Assembly: GCA_965285935.1 (NCBI GenBank)
Contig: OZ260666.1
Location: 64,914,001-64,978,000 of the forward strand
DNA from: Ophelia neglecta
Lineage: Eukaryota
Direction: 5' to 3'
Length of the DNA: 64,000 nt
The position numbers and the translations under genes are program-made. Below, in pieces: positions 50,901 through 64,000 of this stretch; position 1 is the first letter of the stretch, and the number at the start of each line of letters is the position of its first letter. The notes beneath the pieces were generated by a model. It ran no database searches. It saw only the letters and a list, made by a program, of their open reading frames with translations, and was not told the DNA's origin.

Positions 50901-53900
50901 CCTTAAATTTTCCTCTTTCCACCGTTGGACGCGGTTTAAGAACAAATTGCCGTTTCTCCACCCGGACTCCCGTCTCTCTATATTGGCTTGCAGTTCTCAC
51001 TGATACCACCTGTTTAAATGTGTCACAAATCAGGGAACCACTCCAACCAAATATGGAATCATCGTCCTTGTGACATGCAACTTTTGACAGCCAACGGTTA
51101 AGACCCAGTCAATTTATTGCTTGAGATCTCTTTAATGTGACAGTATTAGCACAATAAAAAGCTTACCATCGGTCTTCAATTGGGAAAAAATGTATTTTCG
51201 TGTGGCGCCTGACTGCTGTTTTCATATCAGTTCTGTTTTGCAAATAGGCAATTAAGGACAGGTGAAAAAAATGCTGGAATATTTAAAGAACAGTGATAAG
51301 TTTGTATCGGTATTTACTCCCAGAATGGACATGCGTACTAGACTCAATGTCTCAATCTAACCGGAAACGATCTTCGATCCTGTCTTTTTACCGTCTGTCG
51401 ATTAAAACGCTCATCGTTTCTTGATTTTTACATTCTATCGTTGAAAGGTTGTGTGTTTTTCGCACGGTTTTTCGGCCACAGTGTACTGTACGTTTTTGTC
51501 CTATGATTTCCAAGATAGATTCTTTTTCCAAAAAAATATTTGTTCGCAAATCTGTGTGAAGCACAGTCTTATACATAACTTGAGCTAGTTATTACAATCT
51601 CACATACAATATGGTCTAGATACTCTATCAAAGAGAAAATTAGATACCTTTGATAGGCAAAGAAATGTTATGACCCATTTGATAGAGTCATTATGGAAAA
51701 GGAACACTTTTGATAGCATCATTTTGTAAAAGATACACCATTTGCGAGGGAAGAAATCAGAAAAACAAGCACACACTTTACCGCAGGGGGGGGGGGGTTG
51801 CCGTGGCAGCCGGGTCGTATTACGAGAAAGTTTCGTCTACTTTAATCATGGCCGATGTAACGGAAATGAGCGGCTATTTGCATAAGTCAGTTTACTCGGC
51901 TTTTGTACACACCCAGCGCAGGTGTCCCGCCGATCAGTACTATTCTTTTCCACTTGGTATTCAGGACAGTCGTTCCGGATATGGCCTGATTATCTACCCG
52001 ATGATCTGTAATTGAGTAGGATTCATCATTGTCTCTAACACGAGTATGTGCCTCCTAGACCGCTCTGTTCTCAACATTCTCAGGTGGCAGGCTGACAACA
52101 GGAAGAAAAGGAACATCTGGCAAAGACCAGCTTTATGTCGTGGACGTGTACCTTTAAATTGGCCTATACTTTTACAATTAGAGTGGATAAAATCGCCTGT
52201 CATTTTGACATTGGTAGCCCCGAGAAGGTCGATGCGATTGACATGAAAGTTACAGGAAATGCTGATTAAATGAAAACATAGCTCAAAAGTAGTTTTTTCA
52301 GTTTGAAACTTGATTATTTTTATTTTTCGCGTGAAAAGTGACTATTTTTTCAAACACAAACGACCTAAAAGGCAGGTAAGAACATTTCGAAAAGAAATGT
52401 GTGCACGGTATCTGGAATCATTTCTTCCAATGAAAGGTGTTCTTTCCAGCCATTTTCCAATGCTTTGCCCGAAGGGCCACACTAGCGATGAGGTCCCAAT
52501 TCCTTTTACATAGTGGGGATATATTGTCCGGTTTCATCGCTCATTCAAATGATGCACTAACATGTAGGCCCTATATGTGCTATCTTAAGGTGTAGTTTCA
52601 TCAAAGTCAGTTGAAAAATAGACATGGAATTCGCCTTCCAATTATTTCACTGCTGTTGGGTCAAAAATTGTCACATGATCAAATTACTACCACGTGCTCA
52701 ATTTAATTCTCCAGGTGTAAACTTTGGATCATTTGAGGGACCCATAGCAACTTCTTCAATCTAAAGGTACTATAGATTTTGGTTCCTCGTCCTTATGGTG
52801 TAAAGCAATTTATTACATAATTATTTAGGTGTAAGAAATATACGCTTAGGGTTCTAATATTATTAACAGGGTCATATATTGTGAACCATACAGATGGTTC
52901 ACAGTATATAAAGCGTCTATATATTTGGTACCTGTTTTGGACGTTCGATTTTCATGTAGAGACTCAATATTTGTCCTGTCTTTATATTTGCCCGAATCTT
53001 TCAGACAGTCAATGCCAGTATCCGGTTTGCAATTTATTTGTAATAATACTTTAGTAGGTCAGTAGGTCAACAATCAAAGCTGGCCTGAAAGGTCAATGTC
53101 TTATCGGTCATCAATCATAACTGACTTGTAATTGTAATGTTTGGATCGAGATACACCGTTGTTTGGATATTGGCTGTCACTATCCAAGTCATCAGGACAA
53201 ACGAGTGTACATAAAACTGATTATAGGGTCTGCAATAACCCGGGCGGATATTATCATGGGATAGTAATTCTGTTCATCATATATGGATTTCATCATATCA
53301 AAACGAAATTAACAATTAATATTAAATTACCGTATTTTGCTGACTGAAGCGTCAAATTCTTGACCGGTCATCAAAATAGTTTTTGGCAGGTAAAAAGTGT
53401 CCTGTCCCTGATCATAAAGTTGGAGCTTGTTTCCACAGGACAAACTTTACCATAATGCCAAGAGAAGTTGACTCCATGATCAGTCCACGTGTTGCTGGAC
53501 GCACGGTGTTTTGGATATCTCATTAAGCTCTTTTTTTTTTGCGGAGAATTACACAAAAAGGATTTCTTTGCCTTATTTAATTCGTTATATAAATGATATA
53601 GTAGAATATCTTCTAAAAACTTTCGGCTATGTTTATAAAGATAGCATGGGTTAAATAATGTCCTCTGTGTGCTGAGCTAACAGAGCTAAACAGGACGGTC
53701 CAATGTGAAATGAGTCTCCTATATCTGGATTGGAACCGCCTTGCTGATCTTATCAGTGGCTTGTTACTTTAATATTAGATACTGCTTGCTTATAAGAATC
53801 ATTTTAATGGCATTTGGCATGATGCGTTGGGAGGCAAGATATTTGCTGATCGATAGATGTTTTCATAAGATATACAATTGTCAGCAGTTATTTTTTACAC

Positions 53901-56562
53901 ATTTTCTTTCATTTGCTAATTTTCCAATGTGTTACTGTAAGCAATCTGAAATCACTTATACGATTAATTACATTTGCCGGACCATTATTGTAATTTGGTG
54001 CTTAAAACCACAATTGCAAATTAAAGCCTTTACTTGATTATAACATACATTGCTTTCACGTATTAAAATCGAAATTTTGTCTACATAAATCTGTTCATCG
54101 TTATACGTTATAGTACGTGTATTTGTTACGTAAAGGGCAATTATAAGAAGACCTTTGCCTCGTCGGTACCTAAGCTATGGCTCTATGTCGTACCCTATTC
54201 TATGTAGAAAAAATTGATAACTTCTACCTCCCCCAGGTGACTGTTGCTTAAAATGGCTACATCGTCGGCAAATAACAGAATGTACATTTGAAGGAAACCA
54301 AAAGCAGTCTGTAAATTTGTTTAAGCTTTCTCCCGACAAGAATGATTCGATAACGAATTATGATTCCTGATCCATAGTACTAAGAGTGAATAGTAGAAAT
54401 ATATTTTTAACGCATATACCATTATTCCTTGATTTGTGCCTTCTATCGGTTGCTTCCATGGTTTAAATCTAAAGCTTTTCAATAAATATACGGATTTATG
54501 CATTTGTGTTGTACATCTTGTAAAAGCAGACGTCGACCGAAAATATCCAGTGGTTTGCCAATAGTTCGATGATTATAATGAAATACAGAGTTTGTTATTA
54601 CGATGAACAGCTTCTGTTCAGTTCTAAAGCTGGCCATGAATGAAGAATACATATCACTTCATGTTACTTCTGTCTCACAAGAAAGATGGCCTCGGTAGGG
54701 GCTCATGTTTAATCAAGTGAGAAACCATGATCCCCTGCCGAGGTGGGAGATGTATCACTATTTAAGGAGTCTCCAGCTTTCACTTGGAGGTTTGGTTTTG
54801 GATGTTAGGCTATCAGCCCCCCCCCCCCTCCCCTCTCCTTCTTCCATGTGCTCAAGTAAGCCCCCCCCCCCCCCTCCCCCTTCACAGGCTGAGACTACTG
54901 GCGCGTGTGTCCCGCCTGTCTCCTCGAGGGTAAGCGGGCACGACTAGGGCGCCATTTCCTGTGATTTTCTATCAATTATGCATACTTGGGCAATACAACA
55001 ACGTATGGTCCTTATGAATTTTTGCCCTGCGAGACCATTTATAAACACTGGTGACATGAACCTCTTCAACGCCTCACCAGGTTAGATTATATAGTTATCA
55101 TGCATTGTGTTGATTTGATAAGCGACGGACTTGAAATGAAGCCGGCGAGCAGACGGCTAGAGGTTTCTACGAGCTTATTAAGTTCGCTTGGAGCACAGTG
55201 CATACAAAATATCTTATCTGAATCAAATAAATAACATCATATATCAATCGTCCATCAAACAACTCGGAAGTTCTGCTTTCAGTTGGTAAAATCTAGAGCA
55301 CCCCCCTAGGTCATGTGTTTTTTTCTGTAATGAATAGAGTGCACATACAACAATAAATAGTGGGTGAGAACGGAAATGAACTGCTTTGTATGACACGGCA
55401 TGCAAGACTGTTCGCTTAGTTCGAATGCAGCTGCTCGTTTATTTCTCCTTGTTTCTGGTAGGAAAAGGACAATTGATTGAAATCCAAATTAACTATGAGA
55501 CGCATTTAGGGAGCAAAGCTCTTTGTTTTGAGAGAGTTTTTATGCGTTTCAATGCTCAGTGACCCTAGCATGTTCCTTTGCACAGTATGGTGTTTTATAT
55601 TGGATCAACTAAAATAAATTTGAACTTTCCTGGATGGAAACAGGCATGCATGCCTGCTATGACATTACTGGGAAAGTGTCTGCTTTAAGGTGGATGTGAC
55701 AGATGACAGAGATGCCATTTTGGAAAGGTCTGCTGCTAGTTGGATCCCTTTTCGACTTCATTAGTTCTGGCTTGGGAGGATATCCCAATGTCGCCTTCTG
55801 GGGCTTAGCATTCTAATGGCCAACTCCTAATAGCTAGTCTTCTCAGGACGGAACTCTTTGGAGAAGGAGACGCACAGAGTTTTCCGGTGCTGTTAAGAGC
55901 ATGCTCATCTAGGTGATGGATGGTGTTTGGCGTTTATCATGTACCGTGCCATGCCTGCAGTTTCAACCACCCTTTGAAGCGCCCCCTTTACACCACTTTA
56001 TTTATTGATGACTGTCAATTTGCCCTCTGTTTCATAGACTGACGCTGGCCTCCTGACAATTATGCCGAACAACATGTAAGGCTGGACATATGCCCGCTAA
56101 GTCAAGACACTAATTAATTGATCAATCTCTCAATTGATCACCTGCCCTAAGTCTCCTTGGCCCCCTGGTCAGACTTCTGCTCAATGTTAGGTTTACATCA
56201 TAAGACATTCCGCTATCAAGGTGCCATTAAGAACTCAATGTCAGTGTGGTTAATCAGGGCAGGCGGAACATTCCAGAAAGCATTAATATATTTGGACACA
56301 AGTCAATGGTTCATGATAAATGTCGGCATTTTCCATAAATAGAAACTAAATATTATACTAACAGGACGGAATATGTATCTATTAATTAATCACTGCTTAA
56401 TTAATGTTAAATTTATCCGGTATGTAGTGTCATATGAAGCGTAAATTCCGGGAATGTTTAGCCTCTTTAATTCTCGGAAGTGAGACGGCTCATTCCGCGC
56501 GCGTGCGCGGAACAAGGCTACTAATTGCCCAGAATTACACGATGCGGAGTAAGCATATTTTC

Positions 56563-56667
56563 TGTGCGGAATTACCCGAGGCATGCGCGGAGTTACCCGA
56601 GGTATGCGCGAAATTACCCAAGGTATGCGCGGAATTACCCGAGGTATGCGCGGAATTAACCGAGGAA
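56563..56667. repeat. 21-bp minisatellite (TGCGCGGAATTACCCGAGGTA), 5 copies
   Basis: Directly visible tandem array, with degenerate related motifs upstream (56490-56550). Confidence 0.9.
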
Positions 56668-59600
56668 TGCTTTGAATCAGTCAACATCCTTCCGGTACGT
56701 GTTCCGTGGCTGTCTTCCCGCTGGTATGCTTGCCACACTCGCGCCACGGATGTCAACCCCAAGGACACTAAAGCACTAAATTTATAAACGTTTAAAGAGT
56801 CTCCCGCGGTAAATGAGCGCTTTTTTCCTTTTTCAGCTCTTTAGGAAAAGCATTAAGTCAGCTAGGGAATTTGAAAATGTACAAATCAGTACAAATATTT
56901 ATCTGAAAGAAAAGTCCTAAGTTAAATTAAAAAAAGAATCACCGTGCGTGGCAGGCCGTCTCTCTTGGATGTCCAACTGGAATGTGTGTTCGGTGGATTT
57001 TATAAACAGTGTTCCAAGTAAAATACTTTCCGTTCCCTCTCTTCTAGTTATAAATGCCTATATGATTAAAATAAAATGCACCGGAAGTCTGCAGGCGTGA
57101 TTAGACAGTATAACTGCCATCATCCAATCAGAACTCATACGTAATCTATTTACGGATATATGTGAAAAATGCCAAATACGATAGAAGTCTCCGAAATCAA
57201 TTTATGGCATTTAGGTATGACCAGCTATTTGGTGTTCATAAGCTTGTAACTGATTATTTAATTGAGGCACGTTAATAATGAACTTATAGTTGCCAAGTTA
57301 ATTATCTCCTGTAATTTAATATATGATATCGTTAATCACAAATAAATCCGGTATTTGCCTTACACTTTACGCTCCTTATTCCGTAATTGTTTCCGCTTGT
57401 CGTTGTCATGGCTCTTTGTCTGAATGGACAAAGCAATAATTGTGTAACTTTATCATTTGTTTATATAAGCTACACTGGGGTGGAGTTAACCGACAGGTCC
57501 AGGGGTCAAGATCGCCTTTGAGGAAAGTCTGCCTATTTGTTAAGGAAATTGGCAGGTTCCACCCCCTTCCTCGCAGAGAGCCCAGACCCCACCTCTAAAC
57601 CCTGCTCCGGCCCTGACTGTCGTGTATAGAGCGTTATATAACAAAGAGCAGAATGCTAAGCTGTTCGTTAGATCGGATGTTGGACTTTTATGTTCGGAGT
57701 TTTTGTTCGACTGACCACCAGGTAAAAAGTAATCGACTTGCTTGAATGTTTTACCAAACGTCAATATGCTCCAACTCGTATATAAAACAGTAGTTTAAGA
57801 TCCATACGCCATGCCCTATTAGGACAGATAAAGGGACATTCGCCCACTCAGTCTGGAAATGAGACTCAAAGGCCCGGATGCAGTCTTCGTTTGGTAGTTC
57901 GAATCGCCGGGTACACAACAAAAGCTGCCTCCCTGGGGCGGAAGTCAGTATTCAGTCATAAATCACGACTTGATGAAACTTCTAACCCCAAGAGACATTA
58001 AGGGGAAAATACCTATATCAGTCTGGTCCCCGAACCGGTTAAATCGCCAATAAACTGATTATTAGGCTCAAAGTAATAAGATTAGGTCGGCTTCCCCCCT
58101 ATGTGTAGAACACCCATTTCACTGAAACAATTTCTTACATATGGATAAAAATGATAAGACACAATAGGGACATAGACTGAGTAAAATTCACCTTTAGAGG
58201 CTCTTCATTGGTTGTCACCTCCGGTGGCGTCTTGACTAATGACTTGGGGTTTAGTTTATGCTGAAGTACTTTCCGAAAATTATGTGAAAGGAAATTACCC
58301 CGGGTTTGCCATGCCACTATGAATTACTTGTAACTAACTAGTTCTACTGGTAGACCTAATTACCCGGCCTCACATTATCAACAGGTTAAGGCGACCTGCA
58401 AGAAAAAGCAAGGAAAGGGTAAAATGGGGTGTGGGGTGGGGACATTTGTCTCCAATAGCAAATTCAAATGTGAGCTAACCAATGTCAATTTACAGACTTG
58501 TACTGCCCGGGTCAAAAGCAAGATTCTAATCTCCTTGATAGGTGAGGAAAGCTAGATCCGGGGCAAATATAACATATGAATTTCACTGATATGGATTGGC
58601 ACCTTATAGCGGCCGGTGCTTCTGCGAGACTGGAGTTGCTTTCATGTCAGCTTTATCAATTGAAACTTACAACTCCAATATGCTTAGCCCGCGTTCGGAG
58701 TTCTGAGATATTAGAAATGACATGAACAAGTCTGTTTATTGGCTGCCTAGAAGGCTGCCTTAATAGGATTATCACATTTATACCAGTATGCCCGCACGGT
58801 TGCTCTTACTAAACCCAGATGGAGGGTGCTCTAGTTTAGAAATATGGCCTTGACGGGGCCTGCTCTAATGAAAACAGACGCCGTAAATGGATGTTCAAAT
58901 GTAACTGGTCGTAGGTCAGTCTGCGGGTTGTAGGTAATACTCACACTAGAAGGCTGACAAGAAAATGTCGCGTCGAAAATGCCTCTCCTATTGGCTTCAA
59001 CGCAAAAGAAAAAATGTCTAAAGATTTAGATAAATCTTCACTTGAAGGGCAACTTATTCATCAAATCATGGCCATTGTATATGCCTCTGGTTGGTTCGTT
59101 AGGATATATAGGATGTTTGCTGTTATTTAAACATAGTCAGAAATTGATAGTCTCACCCGCTCACAGTCGCCCCATCCTAACTTATTTATTTATTTTATCT
59201 ATAAAGTTCTCTACAGTGGCTAGCCTTATGAGTTGTACAACTGTTATTCTTAGTGCTCAGCCAACAAGGCACTCGTGAAATAGAATGTTAACAAATATGT
59301 ATTAATCGGTATATACAATATTTCCTTATTACATGCAAGATGAAGAAACCCATTATTATATATCACTATAAAGAAAAAGCCGTGTGGGAAATCCCTTTTC
59401 AATTGTCTTAAGCCCATGAATTGACTGATCTCGTTTAACCGACTCTTCAAAGCGTACCCGCACACAGCATACCCGCTTACAGATACACAGAAACCTACAA
59501 AACCCACATATGTTCTCGAGTTCCCAAAAATGAACTTTAAAGTACAATAGCCTCTCCAAGAAATATTAATGGTTTAATAGAGTGTCAATGGGTCTTATGG

Positions 59601-60906
59601 ACAGAAAACTATATTTATTAGTCAGTTAACCAAGGCGTGTTATGTACCAGACGAGACCGTTCTGACGGTAGGAAAGTCAATGGCCACTAAAACTTGATTA
59701 GCATTTGTCGCTGCATATATTTTGCATTATGGTAACTTGTCTTTGGAGAAAAGTGTATTTATCAAATTCCGCTATCGAGTTAAACTATCGAGGTAGCCCT
59801 CCCCCACCCCGCATGACTGATTAAATATAACTTACTCCTAAATGCCTTTACGCTTTTAGCGTCAGGGAATAAGAGATGGTTTTTAACCTTATACTCTGAC
59901 CTTGTATGCCGAATGCCTTGGCTTAATTACTTTACATTCACTGGGCAGATTGACTTTGAAGTTGACTTTTAACTGCTCCTTTTCACTCGTGGAACGAAGG
60001 TACAAATCCTGAGGCTTCGTAGCGAGAAGCCCGCTCTCCCGGATCTGGTAGGAAATTGAGTTCGGCAGTGGTTCTGAAGTATCTATTTACTGGGAGGACA
60101 AGCGTACCAGATATTGAACATCGAGCAAACGGTTTGCTTTTAGAGGCAGACGATGGCTCCAAGACCTGAATAAACACTGTTCCGTTCAGACAGAAAATTA
60201 CTTAAGCGCTTTTCTCTGCGAATCTGACAATAAGGCTAACAATTGGGAAGACTTTGAGAACCACCAACTCGGGAGTTTTATGCTTCTCATATGATGTCAA
60301 CGTCTTTCGAAATTCTTCGATTATCAATCAGGCAAAACCATTTTTTATCTGTTTTTTATTTATTTAGCTAATGGAAAATGGAAACTTGTCAGAAAAGATG
60401 AAGACATGTGTGTATAATTAAGAACATTGAATAAAATCAACGCCTTGTTGACCAAGAAGGCACGGCTTCTTTAAAAGTTGAGCTAAACAGGGGCTTTCAG
60501 TTGGAACGCCCTCAACGTGTGCTTGTTCAATCTTTATTGTACATTTCCAGATTTCCTTCTCCAAATTTGATTTGATTTTCAATTAAAACATGAACAACAA
60601 TTATCTGACCTTTCGCAGTTAGGTTTCTACAAAAGTATGATTTCTTTTGAAAAAGGAACAACAATTATCGATAATAAACATCCGGTATATTTAACAAGAT
60701 CGGTGTTTGCCATTGCGTGATGTGACTATTGTTGAACGGCCTTACATGGCCTAACACTAATAAAGTTAAGAAACCTTTCATTTACGACGGACTTGCAAAT
60801 ATGTTAGCTATAATTCGCCAAAACAATGTGCTCACCAAATTAGTTTAAAAAACGAAGACTAATAGGTAGACAACACACTACGAGATCAAAAAAAATACAA
60901 ACTTAC

Positions 60907-61054
60907 GTTTTCCTTCTCTTTTCTGTGCCCCTGGCGCCTAGCCACTCTCACCTAGTATATCCCAATTGAAGTTGTAGCCGCTCACAATCCACACAGTGTA
61001 GGGAGAGAGTGATTTCTGTGTCGTCTGGTTCCTACTCGGTTCAGAAGTGAAACT
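60907..61054 (-). other. Candidate non-coding first exon (5' UTR) of the calcitonin-family gene
   Basis: This ATG-free segment starts at an Inr-like ACAGTT (A at 61054), 30 bp after a TATA-like element, and ends at a perfect AC|GTAAGT donor (60906). It is on the same strand as the signal-peptide exon, which begins with an acceptor and so needs an upstream exon. The link across the ~17.4-kb intron is inferred. Confidence 0.55.
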
Positions 61055-61330
61055 GTCCCATGAGAGGTTGCGTGGAATGTTATAAAGGCTAGTATTGGGC
61101 AAATATTGATCTATTTAATCAATGACTGCTGACGATGATAATGGTACGCCCAAAAGTCACCTGCCCACCAGAGAAGTCGCGCGCAAAGCTCTGGACGCTG
61201 CCCACACAGTCGGGAAGTGTCTACTGGTCGCGCGGAGTCCCACAAGGGCACTTCAAAGTCGCGCGATAATTCGCGAGACAAATCGCTCGCTCAATTACAA
61301 GTATCGCACACTTGTGCCTAATTCGCCCTC
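61050..61330 (-). promoter_or_regulatory. Candidate promoter (TATA/Inr plus CpG-rich TCGCG cluster)
   Basis: Minus-strand TTTATAA at 61086-61080 and CCAAT at about 61098-61094. Upstream lies a cluster of GTCGCGCG/TTCGCGAGA motifs (61176-61280) in otherwise CpG-poor DNA. Confidence 0.5.
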
Positions 61331-64000
61331 TTAAAACATTCACCATTAATGGACTAGAAACATATCAAAGAAGATGACTTAGCTTTTACCCAATCTCTTG
61401 TGGTTTGAGTGTTTACTTCTTAGTTTTTGGATTGCAATATAACCGAAAGGTTATTTCAGTAGTGAGACAGGCTTTTATCAATTTGTTGTACAAACAACGC
61501 ACTCTATTCTGCTCAATTCCTGCAAGCAGACGTCCTCATTTATTTCCTTGCTTGACAGTCGGCTTTTACTTCATCTCTGTGCTAGCACAACAAATGACCT
61601 GGACAAATATCCCTTAGTATCGCATTTTATTTTGTGGGAAGCGATCTGATTAATTCGTGTTATGAACTCCAGTCCTGTAACGTGTTGCTATGTGGTTCGG
61701 GGGGAGGACTTTCAAACTGCAATCGCGTCATTGTTGCTCGATAAAAAGCTGTCCTTGAGAGAAGGGATCACGTATGGTATAGAGTTAACCCATCAAAAAG
61801 TACGTTTGGCGTTCCTCTTAATCTCACAAGCCAACTTCATTGCGCATCAAACAATAAGGGGCCGAATAGATCCACATCCGCTTTTGTAACATTAACACCC
61901 TGACAGCTTTAACGACAACATTAGTCGTGCTGTCCTTGTACGGCAAACTTACATTGTAACGCCAGCATGAATAACGACCAAATCACAAAGACGCCATTCA
62001 AGATGGCCGATGGTTAATACTCCCAATATATTTACATCTCTTTGGCCCTAAATGTAAGCCACTGTCAGCCCATCTTTCATTAATGACATTTCCCTCAAAT
62101 AACACGTAAAGAACTAACATAAAAACGGGAGTTGGGGCATGTAACTAGATTGTTCTCCCTGTTCGTAATATACACTGTCTCGGCCTAACTTTGTTCACCA
62201 TCAAATGATAATCCGTTTATAGGAGAAGCCAGTCTCTTCTGCTGTTATGAACACATATTTATACGGGTCCTTTATGTTATGTGTATTATAAGCTATAAAG
62301 CAAACCTCTCTATCAACTCATTCACCTTTAGTTGAATTTGCCGCGAATTTTGTCCCTAGAGATGACAAACACAATATGCTCATAAAACTTGTTATTGAAT
62401 ATGCCAACATTGCGGCTGTATAGGCCTAGATGTCGTACATTTAATAGATTGGTATTTATTTCCATTCTTATTAAGTCTGTGATTTATGACATTAAATACT
62501 GATACAAAAATGCCCTAGAGTCTCAGTGTGTACTGCCCGAAGTGGTTGAAAGAGATAACGCACCTCTCAAAAAAATGGCTGACTTCCGGAATGAGTTTCA
62601 GAGAGTCTGCGAAATTCACCTTTGTTTCGAAAAATGTGCAGATAACCTGGCCAGGACGAGAACTTGTTAGTTGAGTAAATTACATTTTACACGTGTAAAC
62701 ACCGGTTTATTCGGCCTACAGTAGGTGAGATGCCTTTTCCTTCATGTTTTCAAAGCCTACATAACGTCCAATCCACCGCGGTTTCTAATCCTGTTCATGC
62801 CTCTCAATCTATTATCTGAATCACTCGGTGCTTTTTTGTCAACCCTGTTATTATTAACCTCAATCCTGGTACTCTGTGTAGACCTAATAGAAATTCTGAC
62901 TTTTGTGCTCCAGAAATCTTTATTGAAAACAGATACATGCTAGACCGGCTTTTCATTTCACAACTCGACACATTTTGTAACTAACCATGCAATGACATGT
63001 ATAGCTCTATTGGTGTGAATTAAGTGTGAATGTTTCCGCATTACGTCCCTTAGCTTATAGCGTCTTTAATCACTTTTTCTGGGGACTTGCTTATGGCCTT
63101 GGAAGGACAATTTTATTTTCAATACTTCGAGACAGTTGAAGAGATAGGACTGTCACCTTCCACCAGGGATTCGCCACCTGGATATAGGTTTTTCTACCCA
63201 TGCCTCAACTATATATAACTTTAAGCAAATGTCGTTTTTTTCCTTTACGGTTGGTTCTTTACTTAGTTCGCAGATTTGATTGGTTGCAGTAAGCTCCGAA
63301 CCTAATTAGAAATAACAGTTCATAACTGCGTCAAATACTTCGCATTGTTCGCTTTGAAGCAATTATAACGCTAATTATTGGTATATTAATTTCCTCTCCC
63401 AGGCCGAACTCGACTGGTGTGAAGACGATCAAATAGCTGTTAATAGTGTGATCTGTACCTGATCCATGAGATTGCCTTAGATTGGTTGGGATTAAGTATA
63501 TATGACTGTCAACCAGTAGTATGATGATAAGTTAATACAGGCTCTTTGAGATAAATGGCATTGTAGCAATGTACATAATATGCTTGCTTCCATGTCTATT
63601 TTCCTTATCGTGGGTATATTAATTGGCATGTTGAGTTTTATAATGGTTTTATTCGATCTACTACTCCTACGGTCATTATTATGAAATAGAAAGAACCGAA
63701 TCGTATAGTCCTAAAAACAAAATTTAATTTATATTTATCAGATTTACCACAGCGCTACTCCGTTATAAAATGTTATGAGATCTGGCATGTACGATCAGGC
63801 AGAAAAGAAAGAAAGAAAAGGAAATTGATGAAAAGAAAATACAAAGTAAAGAAACAAAATAATACTTTTTTAAAGAAGACATTAACTAAAGCACAAAATA
63901 GTATGTTCTGATAGTTATAAATGGCATCGGCGAGCATGAGCGATCAATATCATACTGATTTTTATATGTGTAGTTGGCAAAATTAAATGTTTTCAGAGAT

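Noticed and set aside
54888-54929. 42-bp + strand micro-exon candidate after a poly-C tract
   Set aside because: No partner exons or recognisable product were found, and the poly-C run mimics a polypyrimidine tract.
42182-56667. Tandem arrays considered as CRISPR-like
   Set aside because: The units are head-to-tail without unique spacers, the context is eukaryotic, and there are no cas genes.
59983-60177. 64-aa minus-strand ORF near the candidate first exon
   Set aside because: It has no recognisable motif and no convincing donor.

Overview
This is gene-sparse, AT-rich animal genomic DNA. The peptide content points to a spiralian/lophotrochozoan host, and an annelid-like animal fits best, though that is inference. 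The window holds two convergent neuropeptide precursor genes. (1) On the + strand is an FxRIamide (FVRIamide) precursor with 18 amidated peptide copies and an N-terminal 4-Cys domain. Its main exon is 17072-18289, and a predicted TATA-driven first exon near 10680-10834 supplies the in-frame ATG-CAG. (2) On the - strand is a multi-exon calcitonin-family precursor that the ORF track almost entirely misses. Seven coding exons (43445-43342, 37737-37648, 36788-36606, 35881-35729, 35025-34936, 32497-32347, 31973-31962) splice in frame into a 260-aa prepropeptide. It carries three different disulfide-ringed, Pro-amidated calcitonin-like peptides and appears built from duplicated phase-2 exon modules. 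A candidate non-coding first exon and promoter lies at about 61054-60907. The rest is intronic or intergenic DNA with minisatellites, a probable non-autonomous DNA transposon and heavily decayed LINE remnants. All gene models were assembled by hand from splice signals and reading frames and need transcript confirmation.
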